Source: a cyanobacterium endosymbiont of Braarudosphaera bigelowii (GTDB taxonomy: Bacteria; Cyanobacteriota; Cyanobacteriia; Cyanobacteriales; Microcystaceae). Taken from it: a stretch of 32,000 nucleotides of DNA. This document shows, in pieces, positions 20,312 through 30,255 of the stretch (the stretch's first letter is position 1; every line of letters starts with the position of its first letter). Below the pieces are notes generated by a model. That model did not search any database and was not told the DNA's origin. It saw only the letters and a program-made list of their open reading frames with translations. The stretch is from the NCBI RefSeq assembly GCF_020885515.1, contig NZ_AP024987.1, positions 1,170,001 through 1,202,000 of the forward strand. Reading direction: 5' to 3'. The translations under genes and the position numbers were made by a program.

Positions 20312-21097
20312 CTAAGGAAGATCCCAATATTTAATTCGTTGGTTCAACCAGCCAGAAATTTTTAAACGATAGATTGATTGATTAATAAAATTTCGCAAAT
20401 CAGAAGACTTTAAGCCTTTAGGCATTGCGACTCCTAAGCCTTTTGTAGATAACTTTAGCGATAATCTGTGGTATTGTGGGTATTCTTTAATCCATCCTGC
20501 TAAGATACTATTATCTGAAGCGAAAGCATCTACTTCTCCATTTTCCATTAAATTAAGAGCTTCTTTATAAGAATTAACACCGATTAAGTTTATTTTTGGG
20601 AAACTAGAACGAATACTAGAAATAGTATCAGAATAATTAATTACAGCTACTTTTAAGTTAAATAAATCAGATGAATTTTTTATTTGATGGTTATTAGTAA
20701 TAATTCCTGTGCTATCTAAATAGTAATATGGGCTAAAATTAATTAAACGAGAGCGAAAAGAATTAATCGTCATTCTAGCAATTACTATATCTACTTCACC
20801 ATCGATAACTTTTTGTAAACGTTCTTGATTATCAACAATTTTAAAGATTATTGAATCAGCATTACCTAGAATATCTTCAGCCAATTGTTTTGCTAAATCA
20901 ATCTCTAAGCCTTCTAACTGATTTCTACGATTGAGAAAACTTAAGGGACGAGTATTGTCTTTTACAGCAACAATTAGTTTTCCTCGTTCTCTGATTTGTT
21001 CTAAACTAGCAGAATGAACAATATTATAATTTAAACCTAATCTAAAACTAATAATAAAAGTTAAAAATAGCCTGTAAATTTTTAGAGAATTGAACAT
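20312..21097 (-). CDS. Extracellular solute-binding protein family 3 (amino-acid-type ABC transporter substrate-binding protein / PBP2)
   Basis: 261 aa with a signal-peptide-like N-terminus, then 'LEQIRERGKLIVAVKDNTRPLSFLNRRNQLEGLEIDLAKQLAEDIL', '...IDIVIARMTINSFRSRLINFSPYYYLDSTGIIT' and a 'GEVDAFASDNSILAGW' region. Confidence 0.85.
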   Translation of the reverse strand: MFNSLKIYRLFLTFIISFRLGLNYNIVHSASLEQIRERGKLIVAVKDNTRPLSFLNRRNQLEGLEIDLAKQLAEDILGNADSIIFKIVDNQERLQKVIDGEVDIVIARMTINSFRSRLINFSPYYYLDSTGIITNNHQIKNSSDLFNLKVAVINYSDTISSIRSSFPKINLIGVNSYKEALNLMENGEVDAFASDNSILAGWIKEYPQYHRLSLKLSTKGLGVAMPKGLKSSDLRNFINQSIYRLKISGWLNQRIKYWDLP

Positions 21098-21441
21098 TGA
21101 GGTCTTGATTTAAAAGAATAAATCATACTTTGAAAAATTGACATTGTTAAACTAAAAATAGATTATCTAAAAATTATGACTTTTTACAACTTTTCTATTA
21201 TCTAAGATAATTATTTTTTTAGCACAGAAGATAGAGCTTCATTTTAACCATAAAAAAGTTTACTTTCAGCTAGATCAGCCAATATAGTCAGCAATAAATT
21301 TAGAATTAAACATTACTATAAAAAGCAAGTATTTAAGATTTTAACCTATTGGTATTAACAAGATTTATTCTCTAGTGCAAAAATCTTGTTACTCGAGTAA
21401 CTTTAATCTAAATTCTAAGCCAAAAAAATTAACTATCTTTA

Positions 21442-21801
21442 TTATTTGTCAGTGTAATGATGAAGTTCTGATTTAATTTCCATAGAACTAAATTGTAATC
21501 TTTCTAAATCAAATAAAGACATTGATTCTATACCAAAAGAAGCAATTCCCATACTTACTAATCCTGTAGCTACTGTACCCATTGCTACAGTACCAAAAGA
21601 AATAAGTCCCATAGGGACAATCCCTATAGCGATAATTCCCATAGGTGCTATTCCAATAGAAATATAGCCAGTAGGACTAATACCAATAGAAATTAATTTA
21701 TTTTTTTTTGTACCACATTCTCCCATCGGTTGAACGTCAACAATTTTTTCCGTTCTTAATTTAGACATCATAAAATCTACTATAGTAAAACAATTTATCA
21801 C
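21442..21801 (-). CDS. Small hypothetical protein with ~10-aa G/M-rich tandem repeats
   Basis: 119-aa ORF with a regular decapeptide periodicity: GYISIGIAPM / GIIAIGIVPM / GLISFGTVAM / GTVATGLVSM / GIASFGIESM. It is open in an otherwise stop-rich region. The start could be at 21768 or 21771 (MMSKLRTEK). Confidence 0.65.
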   Translation of the reverse strand: MINCFTIVDFMMSKLRTEKIVDVQPMGECGTKKNKLISIGISPTGYISIGIAPMGIIAIGIVPMGLISFGTVAMGTVATGLVSMGIASFGIESMSLFDLERLQFSSMEIKSELHHYTDK

Positions 21802-22013
21802 ATCATATTCTACTTATAAGTATCTAAAATCGTCAAAAGACACTACACAAAACTTATTAGGCGATGTGTAATTGTTAAAAATATCTCAAATAATCTCGTT
21901 TTATAAAAATTAAAAAGCTTAAAATAATTACTTTATTTAAAAGTTTGTAATAGGAAATTTAAAATTTCTATTAATTAGAAAATAAATTTTCTATAATCTA
22001 ACTACTATAGACA

Positions 22014-23405
22014 TTGTCAATAATATTTCAAATGATTAGATCAGGAAGCACAATTGCAGGAATTGCAACAGCGATAGTCCCCGAAGAAGGAAGTGTTGGT
22101 ATAGTCCGTTTATCAGGAGATGAAGCCTATACTATTGCAAAAAAAATATTTACAGCTCCTGGAAAGCAGAAATGGGAATCCCACAAAGTTCTTTATGGTT
22201 ATATTTCTTCTCCAAAAAATCTACAGGTTATAGATGAAGCTTTACTAATATTAATGCTAGCTCCTCGTTCTTATACGCGTGAAAATGTTGTGGAATTTCA
22301 TTGTCATGGAGGAATAATAGTAGTTCAGCAGGTTTTGCAGTTATGCTTAGAAGAAGGAGCTATATTAGCGGAACCTGGAGAATTCACGCTAAGAGCCTTT
22401 CTTAACGGTAGAATTGATCTAACTCAAGCTGAAAGTATTTTAGAGTTAGTTGGAGCAAAATCACCTTTAGCTTCTCAGATAGCAATGGCAGGAATACAAG
22501 GAAAATTGTCTGATCCTATTAAGAAATTACGTCTTGATTGTTTAGAGTTACTTTCTGAAATTGAATCAAGAATAGACTTCGAAGAAGATTTATTGCCATT
22601 AAGTCAAACTTTAATTTTAGAAAGAATACATAATTTCTTAAATAGAGTCGAAAATTTATTATCAACTTCTAACACTGGAGAACTTTTACGAAGTGGACTT
22701 AAAGTTGCTATCATAGGTCGTCCTAATGTAGGTAAGTCAAGTCTTTTGAATGCTTGGAGTAGAACTAATCGAGCTATTGTAACTGATTTACCTGGAACAA
22801 CTAGAGACATAATAGAATCTAACTTAATAATTAAAGATATACCTGTTAAGGTATTAGATACAGCTGGAATTAGAAGTACAGATGATCAAATAGAAAAAAT
22901 TGGTGTTCAGCGAACACATCTTGCCGCAAGTCAAGCTGACCTCATCCTATTGACGATTGATGCCAAAGTAGGTTGGACTAAAAACGAAATAGAAATTTAT
23001 GAAAAGATAGAACATCTTCCAATGATATTAATAGTTAACAAGATTGACTTGGCTACTCCTGATCTATCTATGATTCCTTCAAAAATTCAAGAAGTCATTA
23101 AAATCTCTGCTATAAAACATTCAGGAATTGATTTAATTGAAGAAGCTATTTTAAATTTTATTAATAAGAAAAGTTTAATAGCAAAAAATATTGACTTTAC
23201 CATTAATCAAAGACAGTTAGAAATTTTGATACGTGTTAAATTGGCTTTCGAAGATATCGTAAAGACAATTAATGATGAACTTCCATTAGATTTTATAACA
23301 ATTGATTTACGATCTGCTATTAAAATATTAGGAGAAATTACAGGAGATGATGTAACAGAAAGTTTGTTAAGTAAAATATTTAGTACTTTCTGTATTGGTA
23401 AATAA
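22014..23405 (+). CDS. mnmE: tRNA modification GTPase (tRNA-5-carboxymethylaminomethyluridine synthesis)
   Basis: 463 aa with '[25 protein letters not shown]', 'EFHCHGG', '[18 protein letters not shown]', the G-domain '[14 protein letters not shown]', 'DTAGIR', 'NKID' and the C-terminal 'FCIGK'. Confidence 0.98.
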   Translation: MSIIFQMIRSGSTIAGIATAIVPEEGSVGIVRLSGDEAYTIAKKIFTAPGKQKWESHKVLYGYISSPKNLQVIDEALLILMLAPRSYTRENVVEFHCHGGIIVVQQVLQLCLEEGAILAEPGEFTLRAFLNGRIDLTQAESILELVGAKSPLASQIAMAGIQGKLSDPIKKLRLDCLELLSEIESRIDFEEDLLPLSQTLILERIHNFLNRVENLLSTSNTGELLRSGLKVAIIGRPNVGKSSLLNAWSRTNRAIVTDLPGTTRDIIESNLIIKDIPVKVLDTAGIRSTDDQIEKIGVQRTHLAASQADLILLTIDAKVGWTKNEIEIYEKIEHLPMILIVNKIDLATPDLSMIPSKIQEVIKISAIKHSGIDLIEEAILNFINKKSLIAKNIDFTINQRQLEILIRVKLAFEDIVKTINDELPLDFITIDLRSAIKILGEITGDDVTESLLSKIFSTFCIGK

Positions 23406-23532
23406 ATATATTCTTATCTAAAAAATTATAAATATTAATTAGAATAAATTAATAAATGAGAAATAAGGATAATAAATAATACATATTTCAAAATCATCAA
23501 AAAGATATTATTACTAGTACACTTTCAAATTT

Positions 23533-24585
23533 CTATTTTTGTTGTAAAGAATTGAAACTTTGTATTTCTTTCTCTATTTTTTCCTTGCTTAACTTATTTC
23601 CAATTAACACCAATTTAGTTTCCTTTGGCTCGTTAAAATTCCAAAAACGATCATAAAAGGTATTAAAACGATTTCCTACTCCTTGTAGAACTAAACGCAT
23701 AGGCTTATGGGCAACATGGATAAATCCTTTAATACGATAAATTTCATGATTTTCGACTAATTTAGATAAAATATTAATTAATATTTTTGGTTCATACGCT
23801 TTAGAGGTAATAATTGTAATTGCATTAATATTATCATCATGATGATGCTCTTCACTATCATGGTGAGTAGGTCGACTCTCTAAATTCTCTTCCACATGTG
23901 CATTGAACCCCAATAGAATATCTATATTAATTTTTCCTTGATGGCATGCAATTATTTTTACACCATTTCTTAACTTACTTGATAGCCAATTTTTTATGAT
24001 TGATAATTCTTTCTCATCTACTAAATCACATTTAGTCAATAAAACCAAATCTGCGCAGGTTAGTTGATCTTCAAATAATTCCTCAATAGGAGTTTCATGT
24101 TCTATGTTATGGTCTTCATCTCTTTGAAGTGTTAAAGAATTTAAATTACTTACAAATTTACCACAAGTTAATGCTTCACAATCTACTACAGTTACAACAC
24201 CATCTACTGTAGTACTGTTCCTAATCTCTGGCCATTTAAAAGCTTGAATCAAAGGTTTGGGCAACGCAAGACCAGAAGTCTCGATAAGAATACAATCCAA
24301 TGAATCTCGGCGTTCTAAAAGTTTTTCAATACTAGGATAAAACTCTTCTTGAACTGTACAACATAAACATCCATTTTTAAGCTCTATAATATTATTCTCA
24401 GGATTTTCACCTTCTTCACAAATCTGACAATCTTTTAATATTTCTCCATCAACTCCTACTTCTCCAAACTCGTTAACTAAAACAGCAATACGACGTCTTT
24501 TATTATTTTGTAACAAATGTCGAATTATAGTAGTTTTTCCAGAACCAAGAAATCCCGTTATTATTGTAGCTGGTATTTTATGCAT
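23533..24585 (-). CDS. CobW/P47K family GTP-binding protein (probable metal chaperone)
   Basis: 350 aa with Walker A 'GFLGSGKTT', 'VNEFGEVGVDGEIL', the CxCC motif 'NGCLCCTVQE', the 'ETSGLALP' region, and an acidic/His-rich linker 'HHDSEEHHHDDN'. Confidence 0.93.
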   Translation of the reverse strand: MHKIPATIITGFLGSGKTTIIRHLLQNNKRRRIAVLVNEFGEVGVDGEILKDCQICEEGENPENNIIELKNGCLCCTVQEEFYPSIEKLLERRDSLDCILIETSGLALPKPLIQAFKWPEIRNSTTVDGVVTVVDCEALTCGKFVSNLNSLTLQRDEDHNIEHETPIEELFEDQLTCADLVLLTKCDLVDEKELSIIKNWLSSKLRNGVKIIACHQGKINIDILLGFNAHVEENLESRPTHHDSEEHHHDDNINAITIITSKAYEPKILINILSKLVENHEIYRIKGFIHVAHKPMRLVLQGVGNRFNTFYDRFWNFNEPKETKLVLIGNKLSKEKIEKEIQSFNSLQQK

Positions 24586-24734
24586 AAATTAGTATTAGTA
24601 AGTTTCTTGTAAATTAGTATAATTTATAATGTCCTCAATAATTTTATTAATTCCCTTTTTAAGTAAATAGTAATTAAATATAAAAAGTTTTTTTAAACAT
24701 AATTAACTATTTGACTTATTGATACTAAATATAT

Positions 24735-25511
24735 CTAACTAAAATTATCTTTAAGTTGTCTGATTTTCTGAAATATTTCAATAGGGTTATTGGTTTTAAA
24801 TATTTTTCGTAAAGATGGATAATCACATCTTAAGAAGGGATTAGTTTCTTTCTCTTCTTGTAAAAAAGATGGAATAGTAGCTTGGTTATTCTTACGAAGA
24901 TTAATTACTTTATCATAACGAAGAAGTAAATTATGATTATCTTTCTCAATAGTCAAAGCAAATTTAAGATTATTCACTGTATATTCATGAGAACACCAAA
25001 TACGAGTTTTATTTGGTAATGTTCTTAGCTTTATTAGCGAGTTATACATTTGTTCAGCAGTTCCTTCAAATAAACGTCCACATCCTCCTGCAAATAATGT
25101 ATCCCCACAAAATAATTCTCCTGTTTCTTGATGAGAGCTTGGGGGAAAGTAATATGCAATATGACCGTTGGTATGACCAGGAATGAAAAAAATTTCAGCA
25201 TTTTTGTTAGCAAAATTGAATTGATCACCCTCTCTCAAATAATGATTTTGACCTGGAATTCGTCCTTTATCTTGTTCACTTCCATAAATCGAAACATAGG
25301 GAAATTGTTCTATTAACTTCTTGTTTGCTCCTATGTGGTCTTGATGGTGATGAGTATTTAAAATTGCTACTAATCTTGTTCTTGATTTTTTTAAATAATC
25401 AAGAACTACGCGATAATTAGCTGGATCTATCACAACAGAGGTTTTATCTTTAAAATTCTGCACTACAAAAATGTAATTATCTGATAAAGCTGGCAAGCAC
25501 TTAATGTACAT
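24735..25511 (-). CDS. gloB: Hydroxyacylglutathione hydrolase (glyoxalase II)
   Basis: Metallo-beta-lactamase fold motif 'THHHQDHIGA', 'IPGHTNGHIAYYF', 'LFCGDTLFAGGCGRLFEG' and 'TRIWCSHEYTVNNLKFA'. I prefer the internal start MYIKCLPALSDNYIF at 25511 over the track start at 25550. Confidence 0.93.
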   Translation of the reverse strand: MYIKCLPALSDNYIFVVQNFKDKTSVVIDPANYRVVLDYLKKSRTRLVAILNTHHHQDHIGANKKLIEQFPYVSIYGSEQDKGRIPGQNHYLREGDQFNFANKNAEIFFIPGHTNGHIAYYFPPSSHQETGELFCGDTLFAGGCGRLFEGTAEQMYNSLIKLRTLPNKTRIWCSHEYTVNNLKFALTIEKDNHNLLLRYDKVINLRKNNQATIPSFLQEEKETNPFLRCDYPSLRKIFKTNNPIEIFQKIRQLKDNFS

Positions 25512-25801
25512 AATGATATTTATTCTTAAAGTTTGACACATTAGGATCATTGTTTAAAATGAAAATAATACGAGAAACTAGATAATTATCTAGTTAGTCA
25601 TAAAAATCGAAAAATTTAAGGTAATACTTCCATTTAATGAATTAAAGATAAGTTTTATTTATTAAATGGAAAAAGGTTTAATTATTTGTTCATAATAAAA
25701 ATATTTTTCAAGAATTATTTTAGAAGCTAAAAATAAAAGTATTCCGAGATAGTATTTGGCTTATATTAAGTAGTTAAGATTTTTTAAACATTCTTTTATA
25801 A

Positions 25802-28800
25802 ATGAAAGTCCCTGAATTTACTCAAAAACTTCGTCAACTTACAACTGTTAATATCCAAAATAATTGGTTTACAAATTCAGAGGAAGTAAAAACAAATATA
25901 ATTGATTTTACTGACTTAGACTTGATGGTAGTAGATAAAAAAGAATTTTTAACTTGGAATGCAGGTAGTCAAACAAAGTGGTTAATACAAGAAATTATTA
26001 TTCAAGAATCTTTGAATGGATACTGTTTAAAAGGATTTTCTTTAAGGTTATCATTAACTTGGTGGGCAGAGAAAGTTCAAATATTTGTTAATAAAAAACT
26101 AGTACAAGTAGGAGATTTATTTGATTCCTCAGCAAGAATTTTACTAACATCTTCAGTTAAGAAGGAACGAAAAATTGTCGTTTCTTTATGTTTAACTAGT
26201 CCCAGCCATGATATTGGGGCGTTAATGAAATCTCAACTTATTTATGAAAAAAATCATCATTTAATTGATCCAGGATTTCTTGCTGACGAAATAGATATAC
26301 TCTATAAGTATTTATATACGTTTAAACCTAACAAGGTTAACTTTTTAGAGAAACAAATTAATAGATTTGATTGGACAAGTATAAATAATTCTGAACATTT
26401 CAATAATCAAATATATCAGATGCGTTGGAAACTAATGTCGTTAAGTAATGATATTAAAAAACGTAACTTTAATATCCTTGGACATGCACATCTCGATATG
26501 GCTTGGTTATGGACAATCAATGAAACTTGGGAAATAGGAAAGCGAACTTTCCAGTCAGTAATAAACCTACAGAATGATTTTAAAGATTTAACATTTTGTC
26601 ATACTTCTCCTGCTCTCTATGAATGGATCGAAAAAAAACAGCCTGATCTTTTTCAAGAAATTATGACACAGTCCAGGAAAAATAAATGGGAGGTATTAGG
26701 AGGAATGTGGATTGAACCAGAAGTCAATTTAGTATCTGGAGAATCTCTTGTAAGACAAGTATTATATGGGCAGAGGTATATTAAAGAAAAATTTGGAGAA
26801 ACTACCAAGGTTGCTTGGTTACCAGATAGTTTTGGTTTTTGTTTACAGTTGCCACAAATATTTAAATTAAGTGAAATAGATTATTTTGTTACCGGAAAGT
26901 TACACTGGGGACGTTCTGTAAAATTTCCTCATAGTATTTTTTGGTGGAAATCTCTTGATGGCACCAAAATATTGACATTAATGTCTCCACCAAATACAGA
27001 AGGTGTAGTAAATACTAAGCCTGGAACTATGACAGATTACAGTGTTCAATGGGAAAAAGAGACTCAGCTAAAGGAAATTTTTTGGATTCCAGGGATAGGA
27101 GATCATGGTGGTGGACCAACGCGCGATATGCTAAAAGTTGTTAATCGCTGGAGTAGATCTCCTTTTTTTCCTAATATTACTTTTACTACTGCTAAAAAAT
27201 ACTTAGACAAAGTTTTCAATATCATAAAAAATGAACTTAATATTCCAACTTGGGATGATGAACTATACTTGGATTTACATCGAGGTTGTTATACAACTCA
27301 TGCAGATCAAAAATATTTTAATCGTCGTACCGAAGAATTATTATATAAAGCAGAACTTTGGGTATCTATCAGTTCTATTATTGATAATAAATCTGTTAGT
27401 GAAAATACTAGGAACAGTATACAATCTGCATGGAAGCAAACTTTACTAAATCAGTTTCATGATATATTGCCAGGAACTTCTACGAGTGATGTATTTATAG
27501 AAGCTAACAAAGGATGGAAAAAAACAAAGTCAATCGCAGAAGAAGTCCTAAACAAAGCTCTTAGAAAGATCGTATCTTATATAGAATATCCACCAGCTCC
27601 ACATATTTTTGCCAAACCCATTGTTATTTTTAACCATTTAAACTGGGAAAGATCTGAGGTCATTGAACTTGATACTCAAGGTGATAAGTATGAAGTCTTT
27701 GATCTCAACCACAATAAATTGTGTATTCAAATGTCACATAGTAATAAATTATTATTTTGTGCTGATAATATTCCATCTATCGGATATAAAATCTTTTGGA
27801 TAATTCCTTCTAATAAAGTTACATATACCAAGACAAAAGTTACAGAAGAAAAAGATTGTAATTTTACTTTAGAGAATAGTTTCTTAATGGTAGAAATTAG
27901 TAGAGAAACAGGGAATATTGCAACAATCTATGATAAGGTCAATCATTGTAATGTTCTAAAAACAGAAGGTAATCAATTAGAAAGTTTTCAGGATAAAGGA
28001 CAGTATTGGGATGCTTGGAATATTGATCCAGAATATAATAAATATCCTTTGCCTAATGCAACATTGAAATTTATTGAGGTTTTAGAAAAAGGTCCTATTC
28101 AATGGAAAATAAGAGTCATTAAAAAGATAGGACAATCTCAATTTATTCAAGATTATATATTACAGATAAATTCTTCTATCTTAGAGATTGAAACTACTGT
28201 TGATTGGAAAGAAACATATGTATTAGTTAAAGCTTCTTTTCATTTTAGTATTAGAGGTGATTATACTAGTTATGAAATTCCTTTTGGTTCTATAAAAAGA
28301 ACAAACCTGTCTAAAACAAGTTATGAAAAATCAAAATGGGAAGTTCCAAGTTTGAGATGGGCTGATATTACTGACAACAATAATAGTTACGGAGTTAGCT
28401 TACTAAATGATTGCAAATATGGTTATGATAGCAGGAATGACTTGTTAAGATTAACTTTATTAAAAAGTCCCAGATGGCCTGACTCGAATTGTGACAAAGG
28501 AATTCATCAGTTTAGTTATGCTATTTATCCCCATAAAGGTACTACAAAAGAGGCAAAAACTATTCATAAGGCACATGAATTTAATATGCCTTTACAAGTC
28601 ATTAGAATTAACAGTCAGTATAAATGCAGAGCTAAGTTACCTCCTGTTTTCTCAGGGATAAGTATCAATAATGATAACTTAATTCTGTCTGCATTTAAAC
28701 CTTCAGAAGATAAGAAATATAATTATATACTAAGGTGTTACGAATCTGAGGGAGAAAAAACGAATATAGATTTCAGAAGTGATCTAGAGTTAAGATTAGA

Positions 28801-28906
28801 CAAAAAAGTTAATTTATTGGAACAAGAAGTTGATCAAAATAAATACTTAGTTAAGCCCTGGGAGATTATAAGTTTTATGCTTATAGATAAAAATTTATGT
28901 AATTAA
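25802..28906 (+). CDS. Alpha-mannosidase, glycoside hydrolase family 38
   Basis: 1034 aa with the GH38 metal site 'GHAHLDMAWLW', nucleophile region 'KVAWLPDSFGFCLQLPQI', 'EPEVNLVSGESLVRQVLYGQRY' and 'WIPGIGDHGGGPT', followed by the long beta-sandwich C-terminal region. Confidence 0.93.
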   Translation: MKVPEFTQKLRQLTTVNIQNNWFTNSEEVKTNIIDFTDLDLMVVDKKEFLTWNAGSQTKWLIQEIIIQESLNGYCLKGFSLRLSLTWWAEKVQIFVNKKLVQVGDLFDSSARILLTSSVKKERKIVVSLCLTSPSHDIGALMKSQLIYEKNHHLIDPGFLADEIDILYKYLYTFKPNKVNFLEKQINRFDWTSINNSEHFNNQIYQMRWKLMSLSNDIKKRNFNILGHAHLDMAWLWTINETWEIGKRTFQSVINLQNDFKDLTFCHTSPALYEWIEKKQPDLFQEIMTQSRKNKWEVLGGMWIEPEVNLVSGESLVRQVLYGQRYIKEKFGETTKVAWLPDSFGFCLQLPQIFKLSEIDYFVTGKLHWGRSVKFPHSIFWWKSLDGTKILTLMSPPNTEGVVNTKPGTMTDYSVQWEKETQLKEIFWIPGIGDHGGGPTRDMLKVVNRWSRSPFFPNITFTTAKKYLDKVFNIIKNELNIPTWDDELYLDLHRGCYTTHADQKYFNRRTEELLYKAELWVSISSIIDNKSVSENTRNSIQSAWKQTLLNQFHDILPGTSTSDVFIEANKGWKKTKSIAEEVLNKALRKIVSYIEYPPAPHIFAKPIVIFNHLNWERSEVIELDTQGDKYEVFDLNHNKLCIQMSHSNKLLFCADNIPSIGYKIFWIIPSNKVTYTKTKVTEEKDCNFTLENSFLMVEISRETGNIATIYDKVNHCNVLKTEGNQLESFQDKGQYWDAWNIDPEYNKYPLPNATLKFIEVLEKGPIQWKIRVIKKIGQSQFIQDYILQINSSILEIETTVDWKETYVLVKASFHFSIRGDYTSYEIPFGSIKRTNLSKTSYEKSKWEVPSLRWADITDNNNSYGVSLLNDCKYGYDSRNDLLRLTLLKSPRWPDSNCDKGIHQFSYAIYPHKGTTKEAKTIHKAHEFNMPLQVIRINSQYKCRAKLPPVFSGISINNDNLILSAFKPSEDKKYNYILRCYESEGEKTNIDFRSDLELRLDKKVNLLEQEVDQNKYLVKPWEIISFMLIDKNLCN

Positions 28907-28982
28907 AGTTTAGTACATATTTTGTTTTTATATAATAATGTAAAAAAACTTATACATAAGGATTTTTTAATCAATTAAAATA

Positions 28983-29624
28983 TTAATAACTATTATTACT
29001 CAACCAAGTAATTGCTACCCTTAATAATTCTTCTATATCTATCTTTTTTAATAAGAATTTATTATTTTGTAAATAAGTAGTTGCAAGATTAACTTCTTTA
29101 TGACTGTAACCTAAAGATAATAAGGTCAATTGAATATCTTCCAACATACCTTCATATGAAATACAAAAAGATGATTCTGCTTTTATTTCAAATAACTCCA
29201 TTAATTTTAATAATTTACTATTTAATTCTAAAATTATTCTTTCAGCTGTCTTCTTACCTACTCCAGGTGATTTAGATAATGTTTTAATATCACCTGAACA
29301 AACTGCTTTTATTAACTCTTCTGAACCTAACGTGTTAAGCAAAGTGATTGATAATTGTGCCCCAATACCAGTAATATTTACTAGCTGACGAAAAATCTCT
29401 TGTTCCAACTTATCAATAAATCCATATAAAATCTGGCAATCTTCTCGTATTTGCATGTGTATAAAAACTTTAATTTGATCTGATTTCCTATCAGATATTT
29501 TTTTTGCTAGCTTGGAAGTAATTTGTAATTCATATCCTATTTGATTAACTTCCATAACTAAAATTATTCGATTTTTAGTATTGTTTACAATCTCGACAAA
29601 TTTTCCCTTAAGATAGTGAATCAC
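28983..29624 (-). CDS. ruvA: Holliday junction branch migration protein RuvA
   Basis: 213 aa, 'MIHYLKGKFVEI...', 'LVNITGIGAQLSITLLNTL', and the helix-hairpin-helix 'SPGVGKKTAERIILELNSKL'. Confidence 0.95.
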   Translation of the reverse strand: MIHYLKGKFVEIVNNTKNRIILVMEVNQIGYELQITSKLAKKISDRKSDQIKVFIHMQIREDCQILYGFIDKLEQEIFRQLVNITGIGAQLSITLLNTLGSEELIKAVCSGDIKTLSKSPGVGKKTAERIILELNSKLLKLMELFEIKAESSFCISYEGMLEDIQLTLLSLGYSHKEVNLATTYLQNNKFLLKKIDIEELLRVAITWLSNNSY

Positions 29625-30255
29625 AAGCGCCTTATATATTGATTAACAGTAAAATTGCAACAAAATTATTAAATTTGATATTATCAAAGAAAATATAACT
29701 TTAACAATAATCTTCTGTCTATATCTGAAGTTTGATATTTGAAACGATATTTTTATGGAGTAAAATAAACAGTTAAAGCCTATTTTTTTAAAAAAATAAT
29801 TATTCTTCTTAGAACTCCTTTCAATTAGTAATTATTGAAATTAACTTATATTTTTAAAAAATATAAGTTAATTTATTTATGTCGAAAATTAGAGTGATTT
29901 CTGAATATTTAAACTTAGTAACTAAGCTTAAGATTTTTATTTTTCTATAAGCTGATCGAAGACCTTCTTTTTTAGTTCGATATGTCTTTAGTGAAGCTTT
30001 ACCTAAAAAGGCGGCACTATAAATGTAAACCTAATCTTAATAATTGTTAAGCTTCTTTCTCAGAACATAGATCTAACCTTTATTATTTATGATGAATGGA
30101 ATGCTTTTGATTGCTTTGCTTGGAACTAAATTGAAACAGGCATACTAAAATGCGGTCATGTAGATAAAGCAAGTTGTTTTATCATCAATGGATGCTGCAC
30201 TCAAAAGAAAAACCTTAAAGTTTATAAAGTTTATTGTCGAGAGAGAAGAACCCTC

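Noticed and set aside
22604-22810. 68-aa minus-strand ORF inside mnmE
   Set aside because: Antisense over the G-domain ('[13 protein letters not shown]' mirrors the GRPNVGKSS coding region).
25034-25316. Short ORFs overlapping gloB on both strands
   Set aside because: Embedded in a clear metallo-hydrolase gene; no support.
27231-27449. 72-aa plus-strand ORF in another frame of the GH38 gene
   Set aside because: Out-of-frame overlap inside a continuous, motif-verified 1034-aa ORF.
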